Notes under the pieces: model-generated
What the model was told of the DNA's origin: nothing
Database searches by the model: none
The model's input: only the letters and a program-made list of their open reading frames with translations
Position numbers and translations under genes: made by a program
In this document: in pieces, positions 61,718-64,000 of the stretch
How the letters are laid out: every line of letters begins with the position of its first letter
How positions within the stretch are numbered: position 1 is the stretch's first letter
DNA from: Raillietiella orientalis
Taxonomy: Eukaryota
Direction of reading: 5' to 3'
NCBI GenBank assembly: GCA_036172245.1
Contig: JAYWIR010000025.1
Span: 434,001 to 498,000, forward strand
Length of the DNA stretch: 64,000 nt

Positions 61718-64000
61718 CAGGTAGCCTCTAAGGAGGCGAATGATGCTGTTCTTCAGCACTTTGCGAATCAAAGCAAAAAAAAAAAAAGGTGAGGAAGGAA
61801 GAAAAAATTCAGAAATAAATAGAAAAACATCTGTTTTTTGATTTCCGTACATCCTGTAGTTTGAATCTTGTCGAATCAGGACTTTGAGCTCTTTCCATCC
61901 TGAAAAGTAGCCCTGATGGCAACAGAGCCGGACACATACTCCACCTCCCTTCCCATCCTGCATGCAGGACTCACGGCTAGAAATATTCTGCCGTGGCAGA
62001 TTCTGGCAGAGATTCCACGTGTTTCCTTCCTCGTGGCTGTTGTTTTGTTTCCCGCCCACTTGGTGATGCTGCCTCACATCCGTCCGGCGCTGCCCCCTGG
62101 AAAACACGAGGAGGAAGCCATCTCTGCAGCAGGTCCTGCCTTCTGCAATCCCTGTGGTTCGGAGGAGGGAGATGCGACCCGCCTTTAGGCAGGCGAAGAG
62201 TTTCGTCCCTCACCATTTCGTTTCATGCACGAGTCGCTCGCCTCGGGTGCTGTCCGCTCCGCACAGTTCGTCCAAAAATCCCGAAAGAAGAAAAAACATC
62301 TGCACGAACTGAACACAGAGAGTTCTCCGGAAAGCAAACACGGTGGTGCTGCACTCTGACACTTCGGGGTACTGCAAACCTGTGAGAAGAACAGGTAGCC
62401 CTGAAGCTTACCTTTCGTGCGCCGTGCAACCCTTTGGAAAGTCAGCCAGGGTGGTCAAGAGAGCCGCAGAGTCCGTGCGACGAGATGCGATCCGCCCAGC
62501 TCCTCTGGGACGCGCAGCCGACGAATTTCCGGGTAGGAGTACGTGGCACCCCGAAAGAAGGTGAAAAGAGCCAGGAACATCGATGGAGCAACAGCCAGCG
62601 ACAAAAAAAAACCTCGTGCCAGGGTTTCAGTGGCGCGGGAGCAGCACCGATGCGTCCTGTGAGGACAGCTTTGTCTCCCAGTCCTCCCTCCAGTTGCCCT
62701 TCGAGTAGTGTCTGAAGACATGGAACGGAAGTTTCGAAGAGGAAAATCATTTCTCTGATAAGAAAAGGAGGCGGGAGCACGCAGCTCCTTTTTCCGTACA
62801 AGGGGGGAAGGAACGAGGTGTGTCTGCAGCTTGCAACTTTCAAAGACAAATCCCTTCTCCAAGGAATTTACTTCCGAAAAGTCACAGGAAGGGCATCTAA
62901 AATGTTGAACGGAGCTCTAAACATGGTGCTGAAGACTGTACTAGAAGAGATGACTTGGTTTTTTTTTTTTTTTTTCTCTGGATTTCAGTTCCCTGCACCA
63001 TTACAGAAATGACCTAGATAAACGCATGCCGCTAATGGAACAGCAACCCACCCAGGTGGCACAGTGACTAATAGAAAACGAACGTCGAAGTCATAGCCGA
63101 TCAGGAAAAGGGCAGTTACGGGCACGCTCGTGCCCAGCCCATTCAGAAATTCGGCCTTTGGTAGGGAGAAGTGGCTTCCTTCAGCCAGCCGCTTCTTACG
63201 CAGCTCATGGCAGAAACGAAGGACTCTCCCTGAAATCTCCACGGACTGCCCGGTTCACTCGGCGGCCCATCAGACTTCCGAACGGCCGCAAAAGAATTCA
63301 TCAGTAGCTCGTGAACCTCTAGAAGCTACCCATAGCCTCAGAAATGCGCTGCAGCCCCCGACTGGCAAGGTTCTTTTGAGGTTTAATCTGTATCTGGATG
63401 GAGCAGACTGATATCCCTGATTGGCGCTAACTGCGGCACCAACTGCGCGTGTTGCCGGAATTCACGGCAACCCTGTGGATGAGAAGCCATGCAGAAGACC
63501 AAAGTCAACACTTGTTCAAGACGCTTTCTGTAGGGGCACCCCTCAGCAGAGCACTTTCCATCCCTCCTCGTCCTCCTTCCACGAGACCTGATGAAATAAA
63601 TTTGTGCTCTTGGGCGCGTACTGACAGGAGATCTCGTCGGGTCTCTCTCTTTCCTCCTTCCCTGAAGCCAATTTTGTCCAGATGCTTTTAAGAACGTTTT
63701 TTTCCAGAGTCGCTCACGGATCGTTTCCCGGAGGGTTTCAAACAAAGAGGCAGTTTTCTTCCCGGATACTGCTGGCCACCTCTGCAAGGCGGGCTCTACG
63801 AGCACTCGCCCATTCAACCAAACTTAATGGGACTGCCGGAAAACTTCTTGGTCCACACGTGAAGAGGCGATGAGGAATTCCTCCGGGGAGCAGTTGTTTT
63901 TCCATGCAGGCCGGTACAAGAACCGGAGAGATTAAGGACGGCGATTAAGGAAGAAAGTTCCGAGCGCGCTTCGTGACAATCCTTTGATTTTGTTTTCCGA

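Overview
Eukaryotic nuclear DNA, almost certainly from an arthropod. The evidence is an RR-2 cuticle protein gene and a NUMT that reads in the invertebrate mitochondrial code. Two protein genes are well supported: a 3-exon RR-2 cuticle protein (9787-10790 +) and a 7-exon PPM1G/PP2C-gamma phosphatase (16847-22536 +). A third, small spliced coiled-coil gene (about 22555-22984 -) is likely and lies tail-to-tail with PPM1G, with only 18 bp between the stop codons. These last two genes sit in an AT-rich block whose gene body is CpG-poor and whose internal introns are mostly 42-52 bp. The rest is mostly decayed mobile or transferred DNA: a bounded hAT transposon with TIRs and an 8-bp TSD (1298-4157), a second hAT remnant, a mitochondrial atp6 NUMT, a diverged 28S rRNA fragment, many L1/Tx1-like LINE fragments, and a tRNA-headed SINE family, one copy of which is split by a LINE with a visible TSD. 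I found no CRISPR array and no prokaryotic system. Most long ORFs in the GC-rich parts look like chance or shadow frames. All homology calls come from motif recognition by eye, not from database searches.
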